In this document: piece by piece, positions 12,723 to 24,928 of the stretch
Position numbering within the stretch: position 1 is the stretch's first letter
How the letters are laid out: every line of letters begins with the position of its first letter
From: Thelocarpon superellum
Lineage: Eukaryota
NCBI GenBank assembly: GCA_026025795.1
Contig: JAPEUG010000150.1
Coordinates: 1-36,544 of the forward strand
Length of the DNA: 36,544 bases
Direction of reading: 5' to 3'
The notes under the pieces: model-generated
What the model was told of the DNA's origin: nothing
Seen by the model: only the letters and a program-made list of their open reading frames with translations
The model's database searches: none
Position numbers and translations under genes: made by a program

Positions 12723-14689
12723 ATGGATCCCCACCATCATCACCACCGTCCCTCGCCGCCGACCCGAGATGCGCTCTCCGCTGGGACGAAGCGGAAGCGA
12801 AGCGCGTACGTTTCAGCCTGGCCGGCGTCGCTAATGCGAGGCCGCGATGCTGATGGACGACAGATCTCCACCTCCGCCCGTCCCCCATGTTCGGACGGCT
12901 CCGCTCTTCTCCGCCGGCAAGGGTCAGCATGACCACGTGCAGATTGACTACTTGGCCCGGCAATCGCTCCACGATGTGCTCCTGGTGTCTGGCGATGAGA
13001 CGTTACCCCAGATCTTATCGCTCATTGACGAGTACGAGAGCGTGCTGCAACGACACGAGAGCATGGCGGCGAACCTGGGCGCGCGGCTGCTGGGACAGAC
13101 CATCATCAAGAAGTTTGAGCGCATCTTCGACGGTCCCGTGCGGATCTTACAATCGAGTGGTCGAGAAACGGCACGGGTCAGCTGGCTCGACGTGGTGGAG
13201 GTGTTTCGCGCCAAGCCGCACGAGATCAAGCTGGTGGACACGCGGTCTGGGGGCCGCGTGTGTCAGTTCTGGGCCAATTCGTGCAAGGTGGAGATCTCGG
13301 AAGAGGACTATGTCTTGATCAAGTCGGGCATGCCCCAGAAGCTGATCCCGCCGCAACCGATCACGGAGGATGAAGAGATGGAGCTGGGCACGCTGGAGAT
13401 CTTGGAGAAGAGGCTGTTACATGTGATTGCCTTGACGGATGCAGGTACGGCGGCTCCATGCACGCTGGGCTGAGATGGGTGTCTCGGAGCTTACTGACGC
13501 GTGCGTAGTGAGCGGAAAGGCGCGGATGCTAAACCACCGTCTGAAAGCGCGTCGGACGGCGATTGTCGGCGGACGGGTCCCCGGACCTCGACCTAACGGG
13601 ACGAAGCTCCCCGCCGGAGTCAACGGCGGGCCGGCGTCTCCGGCCGACCGACCACGGTCGTCACGATCGCCCACGGCGGGCTTCGTCGCGGTCAACAGTC
13701 GGCAACCGTCCAACGGGACGGGCAAGGGTGGAGCGGAGTCATCATCATCCGCGGGAGCCACGTCCAGCCCTACACGAGCTTCGGCCTCTACACATGCCGA
13801 CCTGATGCGACGCTTCAGCTCGTTGAAGGATATGAAAGCGCCGTCAAACTCTCAATCGCAATCACAGCCCCAGTCTGCGCGCTCGTCCCTCTCCTACTCT
13901 CTCCCAAACCATCATCTCACGTCAGACCGCCATAGCAGCGCCAACACCTGCAGCGGGTCGGAAGCACTCGAGCATGCGGCTGTCTCACTCAACACGACGA
14001 TCCCTGCCCCGCCCGCCACCAGCACGATATCCTCTACCGCGACATTGCACCACGGACCCAGCAAGACGGGGCCGTCGCATTCCACACCAAACCACACCGG
14101 TGCCGCCTCAAGCACAACCCACACGCCTCACCACAGCCACCACGCAAGCAACGCCGCGGCCGACGACGGCGGACCATTCAAAGCGCGAATGGCGCGCCGC
14201 GTCGAACAGCTCGCGAAGCACGACCGGATCGATCCGCCATGCGATCGGTGTCGACGACTGCGGTACGAATGTCGAAAGAACCTGACCGCCTGCGAGGGCT
14301 GCACAAAGAAACACGCCAAGTGTTCGTGGAAAGACGTGCGAGAGGAGGAGCTAGACGATGAGGATGATTCGAGTGGGAGACGGGAGGGAGAAGAGGGAGA
14401 GGGGGAGGGGGAGGGGGAGGGGGAGGGGGAAGGCGATGAAGAGGGTGGAGCAGGCGGAGGAGGAGCAGAAGCCGACGGCGAGAGGGAGGGCGACGAAGAG
14501 GGCGAGGAGAGCGGAAGTGGAGGGGCAAGTCCACATGTGACGAAGACCACGAAGACGAAAGCAAAGGCCACGAATATGAATGCCATTCTGAACGGGAGCG
14601 GGAGCGGGAGCGGGAGCGGGAGCGGGAGAGAAAGTGGTGGCGGAGGCGGGAGCGGAGGCGGAAGCGGAAGCGGAAGCGGAACACGGTAA
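12723..14689 (+). CDS. Conserved fungal nuclear protein with a C-terminal Zn(II)2Cys6-type cluster
   Basis: Exons 12723-12805 (MDPHHHHH...GTKRKRS, NLS-like), 12864-13444 and 13509-14689, joined in frame by introns GTACGT...CAG and GTACGG...ACTGAC...TAG. CDRCRRLRYECRKNLTACEGCTKKHAKC fits CX2CX6CX6CX2CX6C. Confidence 0.8.
14399..14623 (+). repeat. Coding hexamer repeats (GAGGGG)x5 at 14399-14428 and (GGGAGC)x5 at 14594-14623, encoding EG and GS tracts
   Basis: Read directly; lies in the acidic/Gly-rich tail of the Zn-cluster protein. Confidence 0.9.
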
Positions 14690-15147
14690 CCCGATCCGAT
14701 CTATTTCCTTTCATTTGCCCCACCTGACTCGCTCTTAGTATTATCGTTTGATCCGTCCTCGTTATGTGCTCATCTGTCCCCCCTTCCATAATCACTGTAC
14801 TCGTCCGTCTGCCGTGCATTGTAACTCTTCTGTATAGCAGCTGTACGGCATCTCCCACAATGACGTCGCATCACTTCTACGACCGATGGAAAGAAAGGAA
14901 AGAAACGGGAGGTGACTAGATAGATAGGTAGGCAGGTAGGTAGGGAAGTAGTTGGAAAAAGGAAGTGTATTGTGTTTCTACCCATGTATGCCCGCCCATG
15001 CTATGCCTCCAATGCCATACCCTGCTCACTTTGCCGCGCTGTAGAATAGATCGAGCCCGATGATATGGAAAGGAACGGACCCGTATGTAAAAAGGAAAGC
15101 ATCACGTCACCGTCCCATGTGAAGCTCTCGAGAAAGATGGATGCACA

Positions 15148-17055
15148 TCACCACGTGAAGCTCTCCTCGACGAAATCGAGCGAAGCCACATCGACCCGTC
15201 GTCTGACCGCGTCTCTCACGCTGTCGGCGAGACTGCCGGGCCCGCAGACCGTGACGGCCATAGCGCCGGTGCGGGCCTCGATTTCCTTATCGAGGAGGAC
15301 CTCGGGCTGGGGCCGGCCGGGGTACATCTGCACCGTGGCGGAGGGCGAGATGATCTCGCGCGCCGAGCGCGGCTTGGTCACGAAGAGCAGGATCTTGAGC
15401 AGGGCGCGCCGGCCCGGCATGGCGAGGATGATGTCCATCCAGGGCCGGACCCACTCGAGGTGCTCGGTGGCGCGCACGGTCCAGACGAGGATCACTTTGC
15501 GCGTCGCGATAAGCCCCTGGCTGTGTGACGAGACGAGGTCCCGCACGTGCGAGACTTGGTGCGTGATCCCGATCCCGCCCGCGAAGAGCATCACCGTGCC
15601 GTAGCTGTGCAGCGATTCGAGACCCCCGTACGGTCCTTCCAGCGCGCCGCGGAGTGTGAGCGTCTGGTTCGGTGACGCGAGCGCTCGGTTGTATAGGGTC
15701 GCTGTCATGCCGGTCCGCTTGTGGATCACAAGGGATACGGTGGTGTTGGTCCGGCCGAGGGAGGAGGGGATGGTGGTGGAGGAAGAGGAGGAAGAGGAGG
15801 AGGAAGAGATGGGGAGGAGGTCGCTTCGGGTGCGTGGGAGCTTCTCAAGTTCTTGCGCTGTAGGGGACGCCGGCCTCTCGTCGCTCCATGCGACAGAGAA
15901 AGGGTGAGATTGGTGCAGCGAGATGGAGGGCAGGTAGACGAAGGCGTGGCACCCGGGCCGGAAGGTCCAGGGGCGCCGCATCTCAAAAGACACGCGGCAC
16001 GCTTCGCCCGGCAGCACTTGCACCTTCACTGTCGTCCAGCCCTTCTGCCACGAGAAACACCGGTACCAGACCCGCAGGAAGCGGATGCTTCGGTCCAGCG
16101 CCCAGATGGCAATCACCGCCTTGATGTACGGCAGCTGCGGGAGGTGATCGAGGTCGAGGTGGAAGTAGACTCCAATCACCGCGGCCAGGGCCATGGCTTG
16201 GTGGATGTGCAGAAAGGTCTCGTAGAAGGCGTGTCGGATGGCTGACGGGGATTGGATGAGGATGATCATCATCGCCGTGACGCCCACGGATCCGTATTGG
16301 AACGACGGTCGCCCGCTGATCGCCGCCCCAATGCTGCTCCAGCCGTCGGCGCTGACTTGATTGGCGCCCCAGGCAAACATGTGCACGATGGCTTCGAGCA
16401 CCACGATCCGGCCCATCCATCGATGCAGCAGGTTGTACGTGTCGAAGCTGACGCGCAGCATCTTGATCAGCGGGTTGTTCCGCCCCGCCAAGATGAACAG
16501 CGGGATCATGTTCACCACCGCCAGTACCCCGGCCCTTCCACGGACCTCCGCGATCAACGCCGACTTGGTTTGACCTCGGTAGTCCAGGATCAGCGTGTAC
16601 GCCACGTTGCTGAAGATGTACAGCAGCAGAAGTATCGTGTGCAAGCGCGAGGGCAGCGTGCCCATGTTGATGGCCGACGAGAGCTGCATCTCGCGGTTGT
16701 GCCGCTTTTTCCAGAGCGGCGCGTAGAGCAGGTGTTCCTTTAGCCGTGGCCATATCGTCGTATGATCGCGCATCCAATATCGTTGTTGATCATGAGTGGC
16801 CGTCAGGGAGAAGAGATGTCGTACGTGGGCGACGCCCATTTGCAGCCACCGGGCCAGGAGAATGGCGAGGCATAATGCCACCAGCGAGAACCATACCGCA
16901 TTCCTGACCAAGTTAGCCAAGAAAAGTCATCATGACAGCCATGGGGACACTTACGTGAGGAGATAATCCAGCGACACGTTGACGCCCATCAAGCCTGTGC
17001 TGTAGTCCTCAGCAGACGCAATGTCCACCACGTTGGTGGAGTCTCTGCTATCCAT
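15148..17055 (-). CDS. Ferric/cupric reductase transmembrane component (FRE family flavocytochrome)
   Basis: Exon 1 17055-16955, intron 16954-16904 (GTAAGT...GCTAAC...CAG), exon 2 to 15148. Heme-ligand motifs 'LLHRWMGR...IVH' and 'YETFLHIHQ...YFH', FAD motif HPFS, NADPH motifs EGPYG and AGGIG, CGP, terminal ESFTW. Confidence 0.93.
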
Positions 17056-18890
17056 GTTGACCGCAAGAGGGAATGAGGGACTTTGACGCCGCGGACGGCA
17101 GCGTTTTATGTCGCTGAGCGCGTAGGGAAACAGAACAAAAGATGAGAGATGACTCGATATCGTAATTGTGTCGCTCGGAAGCGGACGCCTTTGTTCAACG
17201 ACGGAAAGTGAGAGCGAACAAGGTCTAGGGAATCAGTCGAGGACAAGAAAGAACGTGGTCTGGCTATTGTCCAGCCATCTGGTCGGTGTTGCAATATTCA
17301 CTGACACGAACCAGGTCGAGGTGAGCCGTGTCTTGCCTGTGACCGGGATTCGAATCAGCCAGCTCTTCAGCCCAGTGCCAATGCCGTCGCCATGACCCCT
17401 TACCTGGTGAAGATATTGCACCCGCTCCACATCCGCCACGAGATCAGGAGCCGCCACACGCTGGGTCGGAGGTCGCACAAGCTCCGGGTGGATCAGATCG
17501 ACGCCTCGACGCCGACGCCTCGACGCCACGACACGTCGACCGCGAGAACAGTCGTCGCCTCGGGCGGCCTCGGTCGCGACCCCGCCCAGCTTGGCACAGC
17601 TTGGAAGGAGTGGGAAGAAGCCGACAGCACTGGAGGGTCAGCCGGTGGCCGAGATGACCAGCACCTATATGGTTGACAGAGTCGGTCGGCTGGGCAGGGC
17701 GGGTAAGGTGCAAGCGGGTGCGGGTACAATCACGTCAAAGCAAGCTTGGAGAGGAAACAATGCGTTCCGAAAGAGGTTGAAAGGATGCACAAGCATGGAC
17801 GCATGATGGGGGCGGTGATGAGTGAATCATGCGCCTCTTGAATTAGGCCGAGCGGCGTCGATGGCGGACGATCGACTGCTCTGCTCCAGATACCACGCCC
17901 GTCTTCCCTCCAGCAGACGGTGACTCCGCCAGCTGCCTTTCCCAGGCTCCCGACGCTCATTGGTGTACGACCAGAGCGTCATCGTGGGTGCAAAACACCT
18001 ACACACCTCCGTCGATTCCTCGATCCACCGCCGACGCGCGCTCTCCACCGGTCACGATGGACCAGCATAAAGCTGTCGCGAAGGGGAAACATGCTATGTC
18101 TGGAGCTGGGCCTCGTTTCGGCGCTTCACATCCAATCACTTCTGGCACAGTGCGTTACGCCGGCACTAAATGCCCAGGCGGTAGAACTATCGTTTCACAA
18201 GCCCTGGACCCCAGAGAGCTACGCCCGCGCTGATCGGCGGACGGCGCGTCGCCAAAATAGCACCCCGGTCAGCCACTGGGCGTTCTTGCATCCACCGCCC
18301 TTGCCACTGCCACGGTCAATCCAGCACCACTGGAGAGAGCATGGTGGACCGGGCTACGCGTCTCAGGTATGACTTTTGGACCAGTACAGATTGCCACCTT
18401 GCTACGAGTAGAGGAAGTCTTGCGGCCACATCCTTGCGGGGATCGGGCATGGCGGGAACAGGAGCTTCCGGTGCAATGTCTCACACTGCGACCGGTCGCG
18501 TTGACTACGGGCAACGGAGCAATTCCCAGTTCACGGCCATGGCACTCGGCGCTAGCCTGATGAGAAAACTGCAACGTGCGTGTCATTATTTGCGCGACGT
18601 CCGACGATGAAGATAGCGCGTTTCCATGACTAAGCAAAGCAGCGAGCGGCGAAGAGGGAGGTCGGCTCCGGCCGCATGATGCATTTCGCCGCACATCGTT
18701 GAAACATTCAGCCCGCCCTCGGCGACGAGACACAATGCTCTGCTACATGTACCGTGTAGATTACAGGCCAATTCTCATGAAGCGGCCAGTCCCATCTATA
18801 TACAATGGTATCTTTGCCGATCGTAGATGATGCAGTGACGCTGGGTAGGAGGACGATCATGACGACATGTCATGCCAGCGGACGTCCAGC

Positions 18891-21800
18891 TCACTCCGCC
18901 GCTTCGATTGCCGGGCCCACCTTGTCGCACTCGTCGATGAAGCGGGCTCGAAGCATCAGGTTCTCCGCCCCGCTCAACGCCTTGGCCACTATACTCTCCC
19001 GTCGCTCCGTGACAATCCGCCGGAAGGAGCTGACGAGAAACGGCGCGATCAACTCCACCGGCCACGACTCCGGGACCATGCTCAAGACCTGAACACATCA
19101 GCCGCAGCCCAGCAGACCACTGGGACGTTCAGACGGAAATCATTCACCTGCCGCACATCGTACCACCCGCCAAATCGTTCGAGCAAGTTCGCCGTCTGCT
19201 CGATCTGATCCGTCGCGTTCTCGATCTGGAGAAACTCGGCCAAGAGCACGCCAAACAACATGACCTGCTCATCACGCGTCAGGTCCACCGCACCCGACGA
19301 CACCGACAGTTCCGGGCGGTAGATGCTGGAGACGCCAAACAGGCAGTAGTTGATCGCCGTATCAAAGTCGCCCAGCCCCTGCGTCAGGAGGCGGATGGCT
19401 TGGGCGTGCCGCGCTTGCCGTCCATCAAGAATGATCATCTCGGGTACGAGCTGTTGCTCAAAGGGCTCGATCCGACCGAGCACCGCGGCCACATCGTATT
19501 CCGACGCCGCTTTGTGGCTGCCGCCCAGCAGCTGCAGCAAACGTAGCCGGCTTCGCCACCAGTCTTCCTCGATGGCGTTCTCGGAGATGAACTGTCGGTA
19601 CGTAGGGCGCGGCGGCCGCAGGGCGCGATACGTCTCATAAGATCGCGACAACGTCCGTCGTGCCACGTCCGAGTCCTCCAACACCGTCAGCACAAGATCG
19701 AGGTAGTGTGCGATGAGATCGTTGGCGTAACGGGAGTCCTATGAACCGAGAGTCAGCCAAGGGGCTGTGACGCCTGACCAGAACAAAACAAACCTGCTTG
19801 GTAAAGACCAGATATTCGAGATAGTCTCGCACTGCCGCGGGCGCGGTCTGCTGCAGGAGCGGAACCACCTCGGCCGGCTCAAACCGCACCCGGCCCTTCT
19901 CGTCGGCAAACACCTGCACGCCGAGCTTTGCGTTGCGTCGCGCCAACCATGCGCCATACTCCTCCACAATGTCCCGATCGCGTACCTTGGCCAGGTACCG
20001 TCGGACTTCCTGCTCGCCCTGAACAAAGCTACCTCCTTTATCCGGCTCCCCTTCCAGGATTCGCCGCCAGGTCTCGAGCACCTTGCGCGGCATCTTGTGA
20101 CTCCCGTACAGCCGGCTGAGCACATACAAGCGATGGTCGGCCTCCAGTAGCTCCACGCACCGATCGAAGCAGTCGACCCCCTGGTCGACCAGCGCGTACA
20201 GGTCTGGCCGAATCGACGTGCCTCCTGTAGATTCCGTCGCGTCCGTGCCGGTGTCCTCGTCCAAGAGGAGCAAGACACGCAGAAGCGCCGCATCGATGGT
20301 GCGAAAGACTTCGCCTTCATCCGCGATGCTGCCGAACCCTTTTTTGCGCCGCCACGCCGTGAGATAGCCTCGGAGCAGGCCCAGAAAGGCCTGGGTCAGC
20401 ACCCGCGCGATCCCGGCACGCTCCAGCGTCGGCCGCCAGGTGAGCAGCGCCTGAGCGGTCAGGGCTACCCCGCCATGCACCCAGATGCCCTTGCGACCTT
20501 CCACGACTTCGTCGCACAGCGCCGGCAGGGTAGCCAGGATCACCCGAGGATCCACCCCTCCCTCGACCAAGGCCTCCTCCGTAGCGCGGAGATCGTCGGA
20601 CGACGCAGCCGGACCGTGGATCGTGGACTGCAGCACCCCAGCAAAGAGAAGGACACTGGCCTTCTGCCGAAGATAGCCCAAAGTGATAAATTCGGTTTCC
20701 GTGCGTGCGTCTTGCCCCCGAATACCGCTCAGCACCTCCATCACCTTTCGGCGGTCGAGCGGGAAGGATTCGGGGAGCGAGATCTGCACCGCCGGTCCGA
20801 GCAGAGCATCCAATCGCACGGCGAGCGGCGTCCGGATCACCCACCACACGGCGTCGCCGGACCACAGTACCACGCGGCTGACCGTTCGCCCCAGTCGCTG
20901 GGCATACTCGCGCTCCTCCGCCACGCGTTTCTTCTCCCACCCGCTGGGGAGGGCCGGCTCCGCCTCGGATATAGGATCGCTCTCGACCGAGCCGTGTGAT
21001 TCGAAGAGCTCCATCTCTTCTCGGACCCGCTCTAGCGAGGCCTTGGTGCGCGGATCCGAGTTCTCGACGGATGCTGGAGTGTCGTGCGCGGACACGGGAC
21101 CCGAGGGCCGCCAACGGACCAGCCTCAAGCGTTCCACCACCTCATGCATGGTAAGGTCGTGCGGGCTGATGACGCTGCGAACGCCGACCGGTGCGTTATG
21201 TGGCTCCGTGGCGACGTCGAGCCAAGCCTTCTGATCGTCGGCCGCCCCAGGCTCGACGTCCCATCGTTGGATCTCGACGCCTCGGCTCGTCCGTCCATCC
21301 CGCTCGCGCTCCATCACCGCCAGCACGTAGCCCTTGGCGTCTTCCTGCGACAGCTCCATGGACGAGTCAGCCACGTCGGCGGGACCGTCAAGCGCGAGCG
21401 ATTCGGGATATTTTTCAAATTCGAGCGTGCTGCGGAAGACGTCACCGTCGGCGTTGACAAACATGCCCACCCCGGCCTCGGAGTACGCCGTTCCTGTCGT
21501 CAGCAGAAATTCATTGGGCCGCGGCGAGATGAGGTGCGGGTGGAGGACGACATTGGGTACGATGAGGGACGACGGCCGCGAGCTGTTGCTCACCCCTTCG
21601 GCCGGTGGCACGGGGAGGGGTTTATCCGGGGAGGTGGTGCGGAGATTCCGCCGGGCTGGGCTCTCGGAGGATGCGATCGGCGTCGGAGATTCGTCCCGAT
21701 CTAACGACTCCGATCGGTCCACGGGAGCCGCATCACGCGCGGGCCCACGTGGGCTTTGTTGCCGAAGACCCAGGCTACCCGCCAGCGTGCCAAGACTCGT

Positions 21801-22751
21801 GCTCCGTTCGTGGCCCCGTTCCATCCGAGCCCCTCGCGCCGAGGCTGGGACAGCAGTCGAAGTGCTCCGGGCCAACGCGCTGTTGGGCTTGGGGGAGATG
21901 TCCTCGATCTGGCCACCCACCGTCCCTGCGGCAGCCTCGTCCAGCGATGAGATGGCAAATAGCGGGATCTTCTGTTGATGATCGACATCGATGAGCGCAT
22001 AGGCGCGGGTGTTGGCAACGCATGCGATGGACCCGCGGCGGGCAAACAGGAGTGATCCGGGATAATCAATATTCTGCATCGGTCAGATCATGGACGTAGG
22101 CAGCGCGAGTTGGCAGCATGCCTTGATCGACCGTGGTTTCTCATTGTCCTCCACCCGCACCATCTGAATACGGTCCCGCAGGGCAATCATGATATGCTCC
22201 CCGTCAGGCGGCGACGGTCCACCATGGCCCTGATCCAGGTCCAGCCCCCCCACCCAGGTGCAGTTCCGGACCTTGGTCGTCCCAAACGCAGGACTGAGCT
22301 CGGGGAGCGAGTAGAAGGTGAGCGTGTTGTTGCACAGCACGCAGGCTTTGTTGACCCTGGGAAGTATGAGGATCTGCTGGACCCCAGGCTGCGGGAGGAC
22401 AAGGGTGGAAGAGGCATGCGGTGGCCGTAGCCGGGTGGCCAGAATGGCGTTCGGAGTCGACTCGGTGGGGGAATCACTTGGGATCAGTACAAAGTGCATG
22501 ATCTCGGCCGATGAGGTCCCAACATAGAGATTCTCCTCTGCCCAGAGGATCAGTTATATGTCCATGACGTGAAGGGGCCGGTCTCCGTCCCACTCACCCC
22601 AGAGCTCCACACATGTAACCTCGGAAGGACCAGCACCCTCATCTTGTCCCAGCTGCACGGACTCGATCAGGGGCCGCAAAGCATAGGGGCCTGCTTCGCC
22701 GACAGCTCGCGGAGATTCGGTCCGTGGGACGTCCAGCTCGTCGGACGCCAT
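18891..22751 (-). CDS. CNH-domain vacuolar/endosomal tethering subunit, Vps3/Vam6/TGFBRAP1-like
   Basis: Exons 22751-22598, 22537-22122, 22073-19794, 19738-19148, 19088-18891. N-terminal 'VTCVELWEENLYVGTSSAEIMHFV', 'LCNNTLTFYSLPELSPAFG', 'WRRKKGFGSIADE', C-terminal 'VLSMVPESWPVELIAPFL'. Confidence 0.88.
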
Positions 22752-23938
22752 CGCGGATGATCTGCCAGAAGGCGCACGTGGCAGGCGACCATTGTCATCG
22801 AGGCACGAGCTGTGTCCAGTTTGGTTGCGAGCGAAGCATTATGCTCCAGGTAAAGAATTGATGCTGCCGGATACCTCTGTCTTCGCTCAGCATCTTGAGG
22901 TGCTCGCGCGCCGCGTGGTGGGCATGGACGTCACGTGCGACAACTTGGCGTTGTTGAGCAGTCACGTGGAGCGAAAGCTAACATGACAATAGTGGTTTGG
23001 CTAGAAGGACTATAACACTCGTTGTTCCCGCCAGCCGTCGGCTTCCTGGAGTAAACACACGCACCCTAGAATACAGGCAATCAGCTTACTACTGCTAAGT
23101 CCACAAGCGTCTCCAGGCCGGAGGCGACAGCGTCTATCCGTCTTAGCCTACTAGGCAGAAGTCATTCGACTCGCTTCACGGCTACGGCCAATCATCAGTT
23201 GAATGGAGCGTGCTTGCACCCCTGCACGCAAGCATGCGCTGGCAGGCTCGAGTCATGCGAGGTTCCCTGGTTTCCGCTCTGCGATACTTCACGATATATG
23301 ATCGCTTCAACTACTCATTGACGGCAGGTCATCACGACAGTAGCTCCAGAGAGACAGTTGTCATCTACCCACGACTCTTCATACCCCAAATTAAGCTCGC
23401 TGTCATTGCATCAACCCGCTTCAACCAGTTGTGAGGCGCAACGCAAGCAGACGACGTCTTTGATCGGTGTTGGGCGAGGCCTCGGACCTCAGACCCACTA
23501 AGGTAGTATACGCAAAGACCGTCCACATGGAGACGAGATGCAAGTCGAATGATTGGTCAATCCTTGCCTGGGGAGGTCTCTGACACTCTCGTAGGTGCAC
23601 TCAAGTGACCACGATCATTGTCACACAGGGGCCGAATGGAGAAGCACGAAGAAGAACAGAGGTCAGGACGGTGGATTGTCAGAGTACCACCTGTCCAACA
23701 TCAGCTTCCTATCAGCCACCACGTAGTCGATAGGCCAGTGGCCCGTTGGGATTTGCATCCTGTCTGGAGAACTACAGACCCAAAGGACCTAGGTACATCC
23801 TCTGCGGATAACGACCGGAACAGGCCAGATACGCTCTCCTTAGTATGACGATGGATCTGATAAGCGATTAAAGGCTACTAGCAACTTCGTAACGTGCTCA
23901 TGGCTACGACCCCAGGCGGTTCAAACCCTTTGAAGTAA

Positions 23939-24928
23939 TCATTTCTCCCACAGCCAAACCCGGATTTTGTCCAAAGCAATCTCGTCATGCCGCTGCTCCG
24001 AAGTGGTAAAGTCTGCTTCCACCCATCCCCGCGTACCTCCTGTAATGAGAGTGTCGCCGAACGGTCTGCAAGAACCGAGGTCGATGATGATAGGATTTTC
24101 ATGCTTGTCGAGCATGATATTGGATGGATTGAGGTCGTTATGAGCAAGCCCGAGAGAATGGAGATGCTTAGCTCCCGATTCGATACGTTCGATGCACACA
24201 TCTTTCTGAAACGCTTGTGCTCCCTCTCTCAAGCGGTTTGCCAGCGTTATGGGGTATCGTTGCAGTACGATACCAGTGATGTGACCTCGTCTAACGATAC
24301 AGCCGTGATATTGGACGATATTGGGATGCGGATTGCGTTTGAGAAGCTCGAGCGTCTTAGCTTCGTCCAGAAACAGCTTCTGCAATTGCCCGGTGCCCTC
24401 CAGATCCTCGTAGTTTGTCAACTTGGGACGTTTGACATAACAGTCTCTTCCCGGTGGCCCTGCCAGAGCAGTGATTTGTGCCGACGTTTCGGGGTATACG
24501 TTCTTGTCTAGAACTCGTTTCAAGCCCTTCTTGAGATCCTGAAGGCTCAGGAGTGTCCTTCGAATCGGTGCTTGACCGAAGTAGACCTTGTCCTGGTCGT
24601 CGATGAATGAAAAGGTGGAACGCAAAAAGACAATCCTATCCACACCGTCCACATCGTCCACAGCATGCACATCGCAGAGAGTGTGCAGATCTCGGACAGA
24701 ATCGACTTGCGGCCTTTCTTCCGGTCTCTTTTCCGTCTGCAAGACTGGCGATGTCCACTCTCCACTCGGTAAGGAGTTCACGTCTCCTACGGCTGCAGGG
24801 GAATGTTGAACAAAGGGAAGAGGCCCCTGAGGTGAAGGCATTAGGTGAGAACAGATTGAAAGGTTGGAGGAAAGACGCGCGATGAGGCCTCCGACTGCAC
24901 GCAAGATAGCTGCTACCTGGGATCGCAT
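23939..24928 (-). CDS. Short atypical fungal protein kinase-like protein (start uncertain)
   Basis: YVKRP (catalytic Lys), helix-C Glu 'DEAKTLE', HPNIVQYHG, catalytic loop HNDLNPSN, DLG, GTRGW. The ORF ends shortly afterwards. A strong CAG|GTAAGC donor at 25132 (minus strand) suggests an upstream intron, so ATG 24928 may not be the start. Confidence 0.85.
   Translation of the reverse strand: MRSQVAAILRAVGGLIARLSSNLSICSHLMPSPQGPLPFVQHSPAAVGDVNSLPSGEWTSPVLQTEKRPEERPQVDSVRDLHTLCDVHAVDDVDGVDRIVFLRSTFSFIDDQDKVYFGQAPIRRTLLSLQDLKKGLKRVLDKNVYPETSAQITALAGPPGRDCYVKRPKLTNYEDLEGTGQLQKLFLDEAKTLELLKRNPHPNIVQYHGCIVRRGHITGIVLQRYPITLANRLREGAQAFQKDVCIERIESGAKHLHSLGLAHNDLNPSNIMLDKHENPIIIDLGSCRPFGDTLITGGTRGWVEADFTTSEQRHDEIALDKIRVWLWEK

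Noticed and set aside
11971..12972. 333-aa minus-strand ORF across the LSM7 / Zn-cluster divergent promoter
   Set aside because: It runs through simple repeats and antisense to a real gene; Arg/Gly/Pro-rich composition is typical of spurious GC-rich ORFs.
18589..18596. TTTGCGCG, a Mac1-type copper element upstream of the ferric reductase
   Set aside because: Single site about 1.5 kb from the ATG with no paired copy seen.
22985..23200. Fragments resembling tRNA A-box and B-box sequences
   Set aside because: No cloverleaf could be folded; tRNAscan-SE would settle it.
23855..23863. ATCTGATAA, matching the SreA/Urbs1 iron-repression consensus ATCWGATAA
   Set aside because: Single copy, downstream of the kinase and about 6.8 kb from the ferric reductase start; a chance hit is plausible.
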